Positions 19,108 through 29,889 of a stretch of DNA of 64,000 nucleotides are shown here, piece by piece. This stretch comes from Nitrospinaceae bacterium (GTDB taxonomy: Bacteria > Nitrospinota > Nitrospinia > Nitrospinales > Nitrospinaceae). Below the pieces are notes generated by a model, which did no database searches, was not told where the DNA came from, and saw nothing but the letters and a program-made list of their open reading frames with translations. The stretch spans positions 1,120,001 through 1,184,000 of the forward strand of contig OZ250172.1 in assembly GCA_965237905.1 (NCBI GenBank), read 5' to 3'. The position numbers were made by a program, and so were the translations under genes. Position 1 is the first letter of the stretch. Each line of letters opens with the position of its first letter.

Positions 19108-19905
19108 ATGGATTTGGATTTAAAAGACCGCAAAGTCCTCATTACCGGCGTCGCCGAGGGTATCGGCCGTGCGCTGGCGCTGGCGTTTGGGAAAGCCGGA
19201 GCGCGAGTGGCCGGATGCGCCCGCACCCAATCGCGCCTGCACGCCCTGGAAGAGGAAATGGAAGGGAAAGGCCACCTCTTTCAATCGGTGGACGTCACCC
19301 AACCCGATCAGCTTCAGGAGTTTCACGATCGTGTGTTGGAACAACTGGGCGGACTGGACGTGCTGGTCAACAACGTCGGCGACGTCGGCAAAATCGCCAC
19401 CTTCCATGAGCTGACCGATCAGGACTGGCGGGAATCGTTCGAAATCAATCTGCTCCCCGCAGTACGCTTGTGCCGGATGTTCATCCCCACGCTGAAACAT
19501 TCCGGCGCGCCGCGCATCATCAACATCTCGTCTATCGCCGGTTCGCGACCCGGAGACGTCTTTCCGCATTACAGCGCGATGAAAGCGGGATTGTCCAACC
19601 TCACTGTGTCACTTGCGCAAACCCTGGCAGAAGAACATATTCTGGTCAACTCGGTGTCTCCCGGTCCGGTATGGTCGCGGTCGTGGGAGAACGAAGCGCA
19701 GGAAATCGTGAAGCAAACCGGTAAACCGCTTCACGCAGTGGAGGAGGAAACCAAAGCTGGGACAGCACAATCGGTTCCGTTGAAACGCATGGGCGTGCCG
19801 GAAGACGTGACGGGATTGGTACTGTTCCTGGCATCCGATCACGCCTCATGGATCACCGCCACCAACTTCACGGTGGATGGGGGCATCACGCAAAACCCGT
19901 ATTAG
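19108..19905 (+). CDS. SDR family oxidoreductase
   Basis: TGVAEGIG, LVNNVG, YSAMK, NSVSPG, VDGG. Confidence 0.92.
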   Translation: MDLDLKDRKVLITGVAEGIGRALALAFGKAGARVAGCARTQSRLHALEEEMEGKGHLFQSVDVTQPDQLQEFHDRVLEQLGGLDVLVNNVGDVGKIATFHELTDQDWRESFEINLLPAVRLCRMFIPTLKHSGAPRIINISSIAGSRPGDVFPHYSAMKAGLSNLTVSLAQTLAEEHILVNSVSPGPVWSRSWENEAQEIVKQTGKPLHAVEEETKAGTAQSVPLKRMGVPEDVTGLVLFLASDHASWITATNFTVDGGITQNPY

Positions 19906-19917
19906 GGCGGGTTCCCG

Positions 19918-20979
19918 CTAAATCCGTTGTGTCAGGCCTTCGTGGATTTCTTCGAACAGTTTTCTTAAATCGTATTTATACTCCCAGGCGGGATAATCTC
20001 TTTTGAATTTACTGACATCGCTGATCCACCAGATGTGATCGCCGATGCGATTCTGCTCCTCGTAAGTCCAATCCAGTTTGTTGCCGGTAATCTCTTCGCA
20101 CAGTTGAATCGCCTCCAGCATCGAACAGTTGCTGTGCCGGCTACCTCCCATGTTGTAAACTTTAGCGACGCCGGGGTTCTGATAAAAATGGTAGAGGGCG
20201 TTCACCAGGTCGTAGCTGTGAATATTATCCCGTACTTGCTTACCCTTGTAACCAAACACGGTGTACGGTTTTTTCTGCAGGGTGCAGATCATGACGTAGG
20301 ACAAAAACCCGTGCCGTTCGGTACCGGAGTGCCCCGACCCGGTCAAACACCCACCGCGAAAGCAGGCGGTTTTCATATCAAAATATCGTCCGTATTCCTG
20401 CACCAGCAGGTCACCCGCCGCTTTGGACACCCCGAACAAGCTGTGGGTGGTGTCGTCGATGCTCATCGACTCATCGATCCCGTGCTTATAATACGGATGG
20501 CTTTCGTCGATTTCCCAACGCGTTTCCAATTCCACCAACGGCAGTGAGTTCGGGGTATCGCCGTACACCTTGTTGGTGGAAATATTGATGAACACCGCCT
20601 TCGGACAATGCCGGCGCGTCATCTCCAAAAGAACCAGCGTGCCGTTGGCGTTGACGGTAAAATCAGTGAGAGGATCGCGTGCCGCCCAGTCGTGCGACGG
20701 TTGCGCGGCACAATGGACGATCAGTTTGATGTCCTTGCCATACTCCTTGAAGAGACGCTCCATGTCTTTTTCGGAACGGATGTCGCAATCGTAGTGCTTG
20801 TATTCAGGGAAGTCTTTCTCCAGCCGTTCACGGTTCCAGCGCGTCGACGCTTCCTTACCGAAAAACTGACTTCGCATGTCGTTATCTATACCGCAAACCG
20901 CAAGGCTCTTGTCCATCAGAAAACGGACGGCCTCCGATCCGATCAATCCACCCGAACCTGTAACCAGTGCAATATCCAA
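19918..20979 (-). CDS. NAD-dependent epimerase/dehydratase (CDP-paratose 2-epimerase-like)
   Basis: [39 protein letters not shown] start. Confidence 0.88.
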   Translation of the reverse strand: MDIALVTGSGGLIGSEAVRFLMDKSLAVCGIDNDMRSQFFGKEASTRWNRERLEKDFPEYKHYDCDIRSEKDMERLFKEYGKDIKLIVHCAAQPSHDWAARDPLTDFTVNANGTLVLLEMTRRHCPKAVFINISTNKVYGDTPNSLPLVELETRWEIDESHPYYKHGIDESMSIDDTTHSLFGVSKAAGDLLVQEYGRYFDMKTACFRGGCLTGSGHSGTERHGFLSYVMICTLQKKPYTVFGYKGKQVRDNIHSYDLVNALYHFYQNPGVAKVYNMGGSRHSNCSMLEAIQLCEEITGNKLDWTYEEQNRIGDHIWWISDVSKFKRDYPAWEYKYDLRKLFEEIHEGLTQRI

Positions 20980-21003
20980 TTTAACGTTCCTTTCTCAAAC
21001 CCG

Positions 21004-22095
21004 TCACCTAGGTTGCCATTGCTCCAGAAAACGGACGATACGCTCGGCGGCGCATCCATCCCACAGTTCCGGACATTGTCCCTGCTTACCCCCCGTTTTG
21101 ATGATATGTTCCGCCTCCCGTGTGATAGCTTCCGGAGAAGTCCCGACCAGTGTATTGGTGCCCTCGTCCAGAGTAACCGGCCGCTCGGTATTTTCTCTAA
21201 GGGTCAGGCACGGCACGCCTAATACGGTGGTCTCCTCTTGAATGCCGCCCGAGTCCGTCAGCACCAGTTTCGCTTGGCTCATCAGGCGAACCATATCAAG
21301 ATACGGTTGCGGTTCCAGCAGGATCAGCGATTTCACAGATTCTTCCAGACCGAACTCCTCAATACGACTGCGGGTTCGAGGGTGCACGGTAAATACGATT
21401 TTCAGCTGTTTTGAAATTTGATGCACCGCTTTCAGAATGCCTGCGAACACATTTTTTTGATCCACGTTGGAAGGCCGGTGCAAAGTCATCAACGCGTATC
21501 CTCCCGCCTGCAACTGCAATTGATCGAGAATGCGGCTGGTTTGTGCGGCGTTCTCCCGGTGTTTCAGAAGCGTGTCCACCATGACATTGCCCATAAACTT
21601 GATTTTTTCGGGAGGGGTTCCTTCCTTTAAAAGGTTTTCCCGGCCACTCGGTTCGGTGGTGAACAACAGATCGGAAAGACGGTCGGTCACCACCCGGTTG
21701 ATTTCCTCCGGCATGTTCCAGTCGAACGATCGCAGTCCTGCTTCCACATGAATCACCGGAATCTTTCTGTAGGATGCGGCCAGGGCGCAGGCCACGGTGG
21801 CATTCACGTCGCCCACGACCAGAATAGCGTCGGGCGATTCCTTTTCCAACACCGGATCAAATTTTCGAATGGTTTCCGCCACCTGCCAGGCTTGCCCTCC
21901 CGAGCCCACCCCCAGTTCGATATCGGGACGCGGGATTCCCAGCTGATCGAAAAAAACGTCATTCATGTTTTGATCGTAATGCTGTCCGGTATGAATCAGA
22001 ACCGGAGTCATTTGGGTGGACGCTTTCATGTGCTCCATAATCGGAGCAATTTTCATAAAGTTTGGCCGGGCGCCGACAATATTCAGTATTTTCAT
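21004..22095 (-). CDS. wecB: UDP-N-acetylglucosamine 2-epimerase (non-hydrolysing)
   Basis: GARPNFMK, HTGQHYD, HVEAGLRS, MPEEINR, TDSGGIQEE, TERP. Confidence 0.93.
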   Translation of the reverse strand: MKILNIVGARPNFMKIAPIMEHMKASTQMTPVLIHTGQHYDQNMNDVFFDQLGIPRPDIELGVGSGGQAWQVAETIRKFDPVLEKESPDAILVVGDVNATVACALAASYRKIPVIHVEAGLRSFDWNMPEEINRVVTDRLSDLLFTTEPSGRENLLKEGTPPEKIKFMGNVMVDTLLKHRENAAQTSRILDQLQLQAGGYALMTLHRPSNVDQKNVFAGILKAVHQISKQLKIVFTVHPRTRSRIEEFGLEESVKSLILLEPQPYLDMVRLMSQAKLVLTDSGGIQEETTVLGVPCLTLRENTERPVTLDEGTNTLVGTSPEAITREAEHIIKTGGKQGQCPELWDGCAAERIVRFLEQWQPR

Positions 22096-22249
22096 ATTTG
22101 CATCTATGGCGGGATGGGCTCACAGGGTTTGCCGCCCGCGGATGAAATCGCAGATTGCCAGATCAGGATAATTGCCTTATCCTTAGAGTCACTAAAATCG
22201 AGTATTCCCCTATCTTTTTAATATAACAGACTACCGATCTCTTAAAAAC

Positions 22250-23611
22250 ATGAATCCTCAAATCTTTCGAGAGTACGACATCCGCGGTATCGTGGGCCAG
22301 GACCTGACGCCCGAAAACGTGGAACTGATCGGCAAAGCCATCGGCACCTACGTTCGCCGCGATGGCGGGAAAACCCTGACGCTGGGTTGGGACGTCCGTA
22401 CCAGTTCCATAGAATTTCGCGACATCATGACACGGGCGCTCAACTCCACCGGCTGCGACGTGATCGACATCGGCTGCGTACCAACGCCGGTTTCCTATTT
22501 TTCACTGCATCACCTGAAACCCGACGGCGGCGTGATGATCACCGGCAGTCATAATCCGCCGGAGTTCAACGGATTCAAAATCAGTCACGGCCTACACAGT
22601 CTGTACGGCGAAAAAATCCAGATACTGAAAGGGTTGATCGACAAAAACGATTTCGAGACGGGAAACGGCACCTCCAGTTCGACCGATATCCTGGCAGCAT
22701 ATATGGACAAGGTGAAGGAGGTGATCCACATCCAACGGCCACTCAAAGTAGTGGTCGACGGAGGTAACGGATGTTTCGGGATCACCGGCCCCCAACTGTT
22801 GCGCAAACTCGGGCTGGATCCCATCGAGCAATTTTGTGAGCCGGACGGCAGTTTTCCGAACCATCACCCAGACCCGACCGTTCCCGAATACATGCAAGAC
22901 CTAATAACACGAGTACAGTCCGAAAATGCCGACTTGGGAATTGGTTTCGACGGTGACGCCGACCGTTTGGGTGTGGTCGACGATAAGGGCAATCTATTAT
23001 GGGGCGATCAACTGCTGATCCTGTTCGCACGCGACATATTGAAAAAACATCCCGGCACCGCCGTGGTGGGCGAGGTGAAATGTTCACAAAATCTTTATGA
23101 TGACATCAAAAAACAGGGAGGCGTGCCGGTGATGTCCGCCGCTGGACATTCCCTGATCAAAAAGAAAATGCGGGAGACCGGCGCGCTGTTGGCTGGAGAA
23201 ATGAGCGGACACATGTGTTTCAAGGACAACTACTACGGTTTCGATGACGCCATTTTTGCGGCGTGCCGGGTGTTGGAAATCGTAGCTTCCTCCTCGCGGA
23301 AGCTCTCTGAAATGCTTTCGGATTTACCCAAGACCTTCAGCACCCCGGAAATCCGCGTCGATTGTCCCGATACGCTTAAATTTAAAATCGTGGCCGAGCT
23401 GACCGAATATTTCCGGTCCCGCTACGAGGTGGTGGACATCGACGGTGTACGCATCCAGTTTGACAACGGTTGGGGCCTGGTCCGCGCTTCCAACACGCAG
23501 CCGGTACTCGTATTACGATTCGAAGCGAAAACGGAAGACCAATTGAAGGATTATCAGCAAATCGTCCACCAACAACTTGAGAAATACAAACCAGACGTGA
23601 AGATTGGCTAA
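22250..23611 (+). CDS. algC: Phosphomannomutase/phosphoglucomutase
   Basis: FREYDIRG, ITGSHNP, FDGDADR, GEMSGH, RASNTQP. Confidence 0.92.
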   Translation: MNPQIFREYDIRGIVGQDLTPENVELIGKAIGTYVRRDGGKTLTLGWDVRTSSIEFRDIMTRALNSTGCDVIDIGCVPTPVSYFSLHHLKPDGGVMITGSHNPPEFNGFKISHGLHSLYGEKIQILKGLIDKNDFETGNGTSSSTDILAAYMDKVKEVIHIQRPLKVVVDGGNGCFGITGPQLLRKLGLDPIEQFCEPDGSFPNHHPDPTVPEYMQDLITRVQSENADLGIGFDGDADRLGVVDDKGNLLWGDQLLILFARDILKKHPGTAVVGEVKCSQNLYDDIKKQGGVPVMSAAGHSLIKKKMRETGALLAGEMSGHMCFKDNYYGFDDAIFAACRVLEIVASSSRKLSEMLSDLPKTFSTPEIRVDCPDTLKFKIVAELTEYFRSRYEVVDIDGVRIQFDNGWGLVRASNTQPVLVLRFEAKTEDQLKDYQQIVHQQLEKYKPDVKIG

Positions 23612-24411
23612 CGCACAACCACCCCGGCGTAACCCACCACCTGATCCATATCCCCGCTGACTTCGCCCGAAGTCATGTACTTGGCCAACTCGGCTTGCGT
23701 CGCTCCCAATTCCTTGCATGCGGCCAGCATCACCGTGGCTGGGTTGACTCCGCACATGGTAATACCTTCCTTTTCCACCGTGCGAAACAATCCTTCCGGG
23801 TCCATCTTTAAAATCTGATCAATTGCCATATGATCTTTTTCAGAAGCGCGGGCATGGCTTTCATAATGGGTCATGTCGGAACTGGCAACAATCAATACTG
23901 GACGATCATAGGATCGGACCGCCTGCACAATAGCCTTGGCCAGCATCCGGCACTCCTCTAAACTCAAACGCATGAGGCAAATGGGAACGAACTTGAACTG
24001 TTTGCGGAAATACTGGAGGAAAGGCAATTGAGTTTCCAGCGAATGCTCCAAACGATGCGCGTCCTCGTTCTCATGGGCGATCGGCAGGTTATCGAGGATG
24101 GCTTTCGCAAGGTTGGCATCGATTTCCAGATCGCCAAAGGGCATGATCCATGACCCGTGAGAGAAGACGGCAATACGTTCGCCCATCCCGGTATGATTGG
24201 GTCCGAGGAGAATGACGGTATCCGGGATTTCAATCCGTGAATACACCGTCCCCGCAACGTCTCCGGAATACATGAATCCCGCGTGCGGGGCAATCACCCC
24301 TTTCGCGCTGACTTTCGGAATCTCTTGCTCCAAGTGGCGTTGCACTTCTTCGAGCAATGCCACTGGATCATCGGGATAGAATCTTCCGGCCACCGCCGGT
24401 GGACGTGCCAT
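23608..24411 (-). CDS. amrB: AmmeMemoRadiSam system protein B (MEMO1 family)
   Basis: PAVAGRFYP, APHAGFMYSG, GPNH, EHSLE.QLPFL, ASSDMTHY, TMCG, VVGYA. Confidence 0.9.
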   Translation of the reverse strand: MARPPAVAGRFYPDDPVALLEEVQRHLEQEIPKVSAKGVIAPHAGFMYSGDVAGTVYSRIEIPDTVILLGPNHTGMGERIAVFSHGSWIMPFGDLEIDANLAKAILDNLPIAHENEDAHRLEHSLETQLPFLQYFRKQFKFVPICLMRLSLEECRMLAKAIVQAVRSYDRPVLIVASSDMTHYESHARASEKDHMAIDQILKMDPEGLFRTVEKEGITMCGVNPATVMLAACKELGATQAELAKYMTSGEVSGDMDQVVGYAGVVVR

Positions 24412-24423
24412 GGCAATCTCCTT

Positions 24424-25032
24424 TTACTGGCGCACTTCACCGGTCATAGGAACAAAACGCACGCCGGTGATTTTTTCTCGCTTCAACCCGCCCTTTTCTT
24501 TGGTAATCCGGACCAGATCCTGAAACAGCATTCCTTCCAAAGGTAAAACCATACGTCCGCCTTCCTTAAGTTGATCGATCAACGGCTGAGGAATTTCCGG
24601 TGTGGCGGCGGTCAATAGAATGGCGTCAAAGGGCGCAAATTCTTCCCAACCCTGGTAACCATCACCATATTTCACTTTGATGTTCTCATAACCCAACCGT
24701 TTGAGGTCAGACCGGGCATCGTTCGCCAGGGCTTCGATGATTTCGACGGTGTACACCTCCTTCACCAGTTCCGCCAGCACCGCCGCCTGGTAACCCGATC
24801 CAGTACCGATCTCCAGCACGCGGTCCTCCGGTTGCAAACGGGCACTCTGGGTCATGAGCGCCACAATATAAGGCGGGGAAATAGTTTGGTTCTTGCCAAT
24901 GGGAAGCGGAAAATCAGCGTACGCCAGATTTTTATGTCTCTCCGTTACAAACTCATGACGCGGCACTTGGATCATGGCCGCCAGCACGTTGGGGTCCTCA
25001 ATATCACGGGCACGCAGATCGACATCCACCAT
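24424..25032 (-). CDS. pcm: Protein-L-isoaspartate O-methyltransferase (true start may be further upstream)
   Basis: [44 protein letters not shown]. Confidence 0.92.
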   Translation of the reverse strand: MVDVDLRARDIEDPNVLAAMIQVPRHEFVTERHKNLAYADFPLPIGKNQTISPPYIVALMTQSARLQPEDRVLEIGTGSGYQAAVLAELVKEVYTVEIIEALANDARSDLKRLGYENIKVKYGDGYQGWEEFAPFDAILLTAATPEIPQPLIDQLKEGGRMVLPLEGMLFQDLVRITKEKGGLKREKITGVRFVPMTGEVRQ

Positions 25033-25126
25033 GCGCTTGCGTTCTGCTTCAAAGTCTATGGGGAGTGCGGGTTTAGGGTATAGAAAATCCGGGAAGAGGA
25101 AGGCGAGGAAGGAAAAAAACAGGACT

Positions 25127-25495
25127 CTAAAGGATGAGGCCGTTTTTCTTAAGCCATTCTTCCGTGTCGAAGTGTTCACTGATGAACTCTTCAAACTCGA
25201 TTTCTTTCTTTGAAAGTCTTGCGCCATCGATAAACTGCGCCTCTTCCGCCGCTTTCTTTTTGCCGCGGCGGGATTTCTTTTTGGGTTTTTCCGTAGCCTC
25301 TTCCACTTCCACCTCGAACCCTTCGGTCAAGGATTGCAGTTTCAGCACGAGAACCATAAAACTTTGTGGGCAGATATCGTCGCGCTTTTGGATTTCAGAG
25401 ACGATCTTTTTGACCTTTGGGGACCTCAACACCGCTTCGGTAATCGCTTTCGACAGCTTTTCGTAATCCCCGTCCTGGCCACTGGAATGACTCAC
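25127..25495 (-). CDS. Hypothetical protein
   Basis: 122-aa ORF with GTG start; helical N-terminus, Lys-rich linker; no recognised family. Confidence 0.7.
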   Translation of the reverse strand: MSHSSGQDGDYEKLSKAITEAVLRSPKVKKIVSEIQKRDDICPQSFMVLVLKLQSLTEGFEVEVEEATEKPKKKSRRGKKKAAEEAQFIDGARLSKKEIEFEEFISEHFDTEEWLKKNGLIL

Positions 25496-25639
25496 GACAA
25501 ACCCCTTTCAAGAAAAAACCTCAATTAACCTTCTAAATCTATTGTGACAGATATCGTCAAACATTTCACCTTAACTTTGCACCAACATAAACCGGTCCGA
25601 TGGCAATGTCAAGGCCGTGGGCTTCTAACCGCGGTAAAA

Positions 25640-26794
25640 TCAATAGCGTGGCATGGAAGAGTCTATGGTTTCGGCCCATTCTTCAATGCCGCCGCGCATG
25701 CTTTTCACATTCTCAAACCCAATATCGATCAAGGCTTTCGCGGCTTTAAGGCTTCGTACTCCCGCTTTGCAGTGAAGCACAATTTCATCGCCTTTCTTGA
25801 GTCCATTGAGTTTTTCTATTTTTCTTTCCTCGATGACATCCAACGGAATCAGGGTGGACCCGTCGATGCGGCAGATTTCATATTCGCCCTGGCCGCGTAC
25901 ATCCACCAGCGTGAACTTCTTGCCGTTGTCCATCATCTGTTTGACCATGACGGGTTCGATTTCCAGTGCGCGATCGGCGGATTCATCCTGAGGCGGCAGG
26001 ATGCCGCAGAACTGTTCGTAGTCGATCAGCTCCTTGATCGTCGGGTTGTCGCCGCAAATCGGACAGTTCTTGTCCTTGCGCAGTTTCATCTCGCGGAACT
26101 TCATTCCCAGTGCGTCAAAGATAACCAGGCGCCCGTTCAAATCGTCTCCCTTTTCGAGGATCAACTTGAGTGTTTCGTTGGTCTGCAGTCCACCGATGAT
26201 GCCGCACAGCACACCCAACACCCCGCCCTCGGCACAACTGGGCACCAGACCCGGAGGAGGCGGTTCGGGGTACAGGCACCGGTAACAGGGGCCCGTGCGC
26301 GAATCGAATACGGAAACCTGGCCTTCGAAGCGCAGGATACAACCGTAGATATAAGGTTTCTTGAGCAACACGCAGGTGTCGTTGGCAAGATAGCGCGTCG
26401 GAAAATTATCCGTACCGTCGACGATGATATCCCAATCCTTAAATATCCTCATTGCGTTTTCGGAAGTGAGGCGTTCGTTGTAGGTAATCACTTCCACATC
26501 CGAATTGAGATCGGCAATGCGGGCTTTGGCAGAGTCGACTTTGAGTTTGCCAACAGTGGATTCGCCATGGGCGATCTGCCGTTGCAGGTTGCTTTTATCG
26601 ACGACGTCGAAATCGATCAGCCCCAATTTGCCAACGCCGGCGGCGGCAAGGTACAAAGACACCGGAGACCCCAACCCGCCGGTTCCGATACACAGAACCT
26701 TGGAGTTGCAGATTTTCTCCTGGCCTTCCATGCCGACTTCCGGCAACAGCAAATGGCGACTGTAACGATTGATTTGATCTGGGTTTAAACTCAT
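25640..26794 (-). CDS. moeB: Molybdopterin/thiamine adenylyltransferase MoeB/ThiF with C-terminal rhodanese domain
   Basis: RYSRH, GTGGLGS, SNLQRQ, DGTDNF, CYRC, C.ICG, rhodanese HCKAGVRS. Confidence 0.92.
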   Translation of the reverse strand: MSLNPDQINRYSRHLLLPEVGMEGQEKICNSKVLCIGTGGLGSPVSLYLAAAGVGKLGLIDFDVVDKSNLQRQIAHGESTVGKLKVDSAKARIADLNSDVEVITYNERLTSENAMRIFKDWDIIVDGTDNFPTRYLANDTCVLLKKPYIYGCILRFEGQVSVFDSRTGPCYRCLYPEPPPPGLVPSCAEGGVLGVLCGIIGGLQTNETLKLILEKGDDLNGRLVIFDALGMKFREMKLRKDKNCPICGDNPTIKELIDYEQFCGILPPQDESADRALEIEPVMVKQMMDNGKKFTLVDVRGQGEYEICRIDGSTLIPLDVIEERKIEKLNGLKKGDEIVLHCKAGVRSLKAAKALIDIGFENVKSMRGGIEEWAETIDSSMPRY

Positions 26795-26901
26795 GATGGT
26801 TTCCAATCCTTAAAAATTTCCTGGTTTTCGCAACGCTGAATACCCCTATTCTATCAAAATCCCCCGATTCCAAAACAAAATTTAAAAATTCCGGGAAAGC
26901 C

Positions 26902-28089
26902 TTATTTATTCGTAGCTTCCCGGTAGGCCGCTGCCAATCCCGGCAGGGCACCTTTAATCATCCGGTCGGGAAAACAGGTGGATATCCGGAAATAACCCGG
27001 CGTCCCAAACCCGCGTCCGGGCACCACCAGCACTTTTCTAGCGGCCAACAGCTCCGCGAATTTCACTTCATCTGCAATAGGTGCCTTGGGGAAAAAGTAA
27101 AACGCACCTTGCGGCTTCACCACTTCGTAACCGATGCCGGTGAGTTCCTTATAAAGAAAATCCCGCCGCCTCCGGTATTGCTCGACATCCACCGTGACGT
27201 GCTGAACCTTTTGCACCACCCGCTGGAACAGGGCCGGTGCATTAACGAATCCCAGTACCCGGTTGCAGAAGATGAGTCCCGCCATCACCCCCGCCACGTC
27301 CTCCGCCTGCGGATGGACGGCGACAGATCCGATGCGCTCGCCCGGCACCGCCAGGTCCTTGGAATGCGAGGTGATGTAAATACTGTTCTCGTATAAATCA
27401 AGAACGTTCGGCGTTTCCATGCCATCGAACACAATTTTCTTGTACGGGTCGTCTGATATCAGGTAAATCGCATGCCCGATTTCCTTCGACTTTTCCCGCA
27501 ACGCATCCGCCAACTCCTGTAGAGCTTGCCGGGAATACACGACCCCGGTCGGATTGTTGGGCGAATTGATGATCACCGCTTTAGTCTTAGATGTCACCGC
27601 CGCCCGAAACGATTCCAAATCGATCGAGAAATCGTCCCGCGTATTTACCGCCACCGCTTTGCCACCGTGGTTGTCCGCATAAAACAAATACTCTACGAAA
27701 TAAGGCGCGAACACGATCACCTCGTCGCCGGGATCGAGCAGGGTTTTGAGAGTGATATTCAATCCGCCGGCCGCACCACACACCATTACTATGTCGCTGG
27801 CGGACATCGAAACCTTACATTCTTCGGAGAGCGATTCCGCCACCGCCCGACGGGTGGCCTCGTATCCAGCGTTGGGCATGTAACGATGCTGACCGGTGGT
27901 TGGATCCTGGGCGGCGGAAACCATGGCGTCGACCAGTTCCTGAGGAGGCTCCGCTACCGGGTTACCGAGCGACAAGTCGAATACGTTTTCGGCACCGAAT
28001 TCCTGCTTCAGCCGAATGCCTTCCTCAAACATCTTGCGGATCCACGAGGCCCGCTCCATAAAATCGTGAACTTTTTGGGAAATTGCCAT
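26902..28089 (-). CDS. PLP-dependent class I aminotransferase (aspartate aminotransferase-like)
   Basis: SWIRKMFEEG, NSPNNPTG, SHSKDLAVPGERIG. Confidence 0.9.
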   Translation of the reverse strand: MAISQKVHDFMERASWIRKMFEEGIRLKQEFGAENVFDLSLGNPVAEPPQELVDAMVSAAQDPTTGQHRYMPNAGYEATRRAVAESLSEECKVSMSASDIVMVCGAAGGLNITLKTLLDPGDEVIVFAPYFVEYLFYADNHGGKAVAVNTRDDFSIDLESFRAAVTSKTKAVIINSPNNPTGVVYSRQALQELADALREKSKEIGHAIYLISDDPYKKIVFDGMETPNVLDLYENSIYITSHSKDLAVPGERIGSVAVHPQAEDVAGVMAGLIFCNRVLGFVNAPALFQRVVQKVQHVTVDVEQYRRRRDFLYKELTGIGYEVVKPQGAFYFFPKAPIADEVKFAELLAARKVLVVPGRGFGTPGYFRISTCFPDRMIKGALPGLAAAYREATNK

Positions 28090-28217
28090 GAGTTAGCCTG
28101 CCAACCAAAATGATTAAATTGGAGTTTGATTTCAGGCAATCATACATGGAAATGGCGGATGGCACCACTGTTTCGATAGGGAGGAAAAAGGAGGGTTAAA
28201 CCCATTCGAAGAATGGG

Positions 28218-28583
28218 TCAGAGAATAAAGTTCACCGTAAGGGAGAGAACCACCGCCCCCGCATAGGTGTATAGCGTCAGACCGGTTGTAACTTTCTTGT
28301 CGATGTCGCGCCCGGTGACTTTATCCAAAATATATTTAACATACGATTCCGTATAAGGCTCCTGTCCGAGTTTCCGCTTGACGCGCCACTGGGTGTCGGT
28401 GAGGATGCAGTACCCGTAACCGAAAAACTTCCCCAGCCCGAACCAGGAAATGGCGACCAAAACAATCACTAATAAGTGCAGGGTACGGATCGGCTCGAAC
28501 ATCCACCCAACGATACAAATCAACATGATGCTTAAATGAACCAGATGAAGCATGTAATCCATGAACATCAGTCCCGCTCTCAT
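28218..28583 (-). CDS. Small membrane protein (DUF2784-like)
   Basis: Hydrophobic His-containing helices, SW.GLG...GYG.C.LT..QW pattern. Confidence 0.7.
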   Translation of the reverse strand: MRAGLMFMDYMLHLVHLSIMLICIVGWMFEPIRTLHLLVIVLVAISWFGLGKFFGYGYCILTDTQWRVKRKLGQEPYTESYVKYILDKVTGRDIDKKVTTGLTLYTYAGAVVLSLTVNFIL

Positions 28584-28596
28584 TAGACCTGCCTCC

Positions 28597-29868
28597 TCAA
28601 TCGTCCAAGGACTGAACCTGTTTCAGGATATCCTCAGCCCCGGCGATCACTTTTTCAAACGCGTGGATGTATTGATCCAGAATTTCACGGTCCGCATTGG
28701 GAAACGCCGGCAATTTGATGAGCGCCTCATTGGCCGACTGCGTATTCGGCAACGCATTAGCATCGTATTCCGGCAGGTTCGCCTCATGTCCCAACCGCGC
28801 GATGGTTTTCCACGTCCCCTCGGTAAACAACGGTTGCTGATGAAGCAGGGGATACCGCGGCACCGCCACCTGACATCCCTCCTTTTGCAACGCTTCAATC
28901 AACACATCGCGCGGGAGGATAATCTTTTCTGGATTATAACGGATCATAAATTCAAAATAAACGCGTTCTATGTGGTCCGGCGCTTGAAAGGTATGGAACC
29001 CCAACTTTTCCAAAGCGTGGGACAGATATTCCAAATTGTCGTTGCGCCGCCGATTATTCTTCTGCAATCGCCGCAGTTGACCCCGCGCAATCGCCGCGCT
29101 CACCGGAGCGATACGGGTTTTGATGCCGAAGCTGGTGGCGGCAAATCTCTGAGCCGGGGTTTCCAGTTCGATGATGCGGGTGATGTCTCCCAGGCACGCG
29201 GCTTTTTCGAAATATTCATACTCGTCACAAAGGAATATTCCGCCTTCTCCGCCGGGTGACAGCTTGTCTCCCTGCAAACTGAATACGGAGATGTCGCCCA
29301 GGGTGCCGCAGGGTCTATCCCTCCAGACTGCGCCATGCGCATGGGACGCGTCTTCGATGATTTTCAAACCGTGTTCCTTCGCGATCTGAAATAGCTCAGT
29401 CATTTTTCCGGGCAGTCCCCAAAGATGGACGACCATGATGGCTTTGGTCTTATCCGTAATTTTTTTGCGGACATCCTCCGGATCAATACCCATACGTTCG
29501 GTTTCACTTTCACAAAACACGGGAACCGCGCCCAGCCACAACATAGGCACAACGGACGCCCAGAACGTCGCCGAAGGCACCAATACTTCGTCGCCCGGTT
29601 CCAACCCCAACGCATAAAACGCCGCGAACAGTCCCGCCGTGCCGTTATTGTGCGCCAGAGCATACTTGCGCCCGGTGAGTTCCGCATAATCCTGTTCCAG
29701 CTCGCGAATAACCGGATGCGTCGAAATATTACCGTCACGCATCACCTGAAGAACCGCCTGCTCATCCTCTTTATTCAGAAGAGGCCAACGGTTAGCCGGT
29801 TCGTGATCGGCGGTCACCGCCGGTTGACCTCCCAGTATCGCCGGCTGTTTGTTTTTGGTTTTAATCAT
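28597..29868 (-). CDS. DegT/DnrJ/EryC1/StrS family PLP aminotransferase
   Basis: NNGTAGL, GDEVLVP, VVHLWG, IEDASHAHGA, FSLQGDKL.GGEGG. Confidence 0.92.
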   Translation of the reverse strand: MIKTKNKQPAILGGQPAVTADHEPANRWPLLNKEDEQAVLQVMRDGNISTHPVIRELEQDYAELTGRKYALAHNNGTAGLFAAFYALGLEPGDEVLVPSATFWASVVPMLWLGAVPVFCESETERMGIDPEDVRKKITDKTKAIMVVHLWGLPGKMTELFQIAKEHGLKIIEDASHAHGAVWRDRPCGTLGDISVFSLQGDKLSPGGEGGIFLCDEYEYFEKAACLGDITRIIELETPAQRFAATSFGIKTRIAPVSAAIARGQLRRLQKNNRRRNDNLEYLSHALEKLGFHTFQAPDHIERVYFEFMIRYNPEKIILPRDVLIEALQKEGCQVAVPRYPLLHQQPLFTEGTWKTIARLGHEANLPEYDANALPNTQSANEALIKLPAFPNADREILDQYIHAFEKVIAGAEDILKQVQSLDD

Positions 29869-29889
29869 GCTCCACCTCTAAAAATTTAT

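Noticed and set aside
25544..26788. 414-aa plus-strand ORF
   Set aside because: Antisense shadow of moeB, with no recognisable motifs.
28129..28142. TTTCAGGCAATCA also present near 47408
   Set aside because: A 13-mer match is expected by chance and does not extend.
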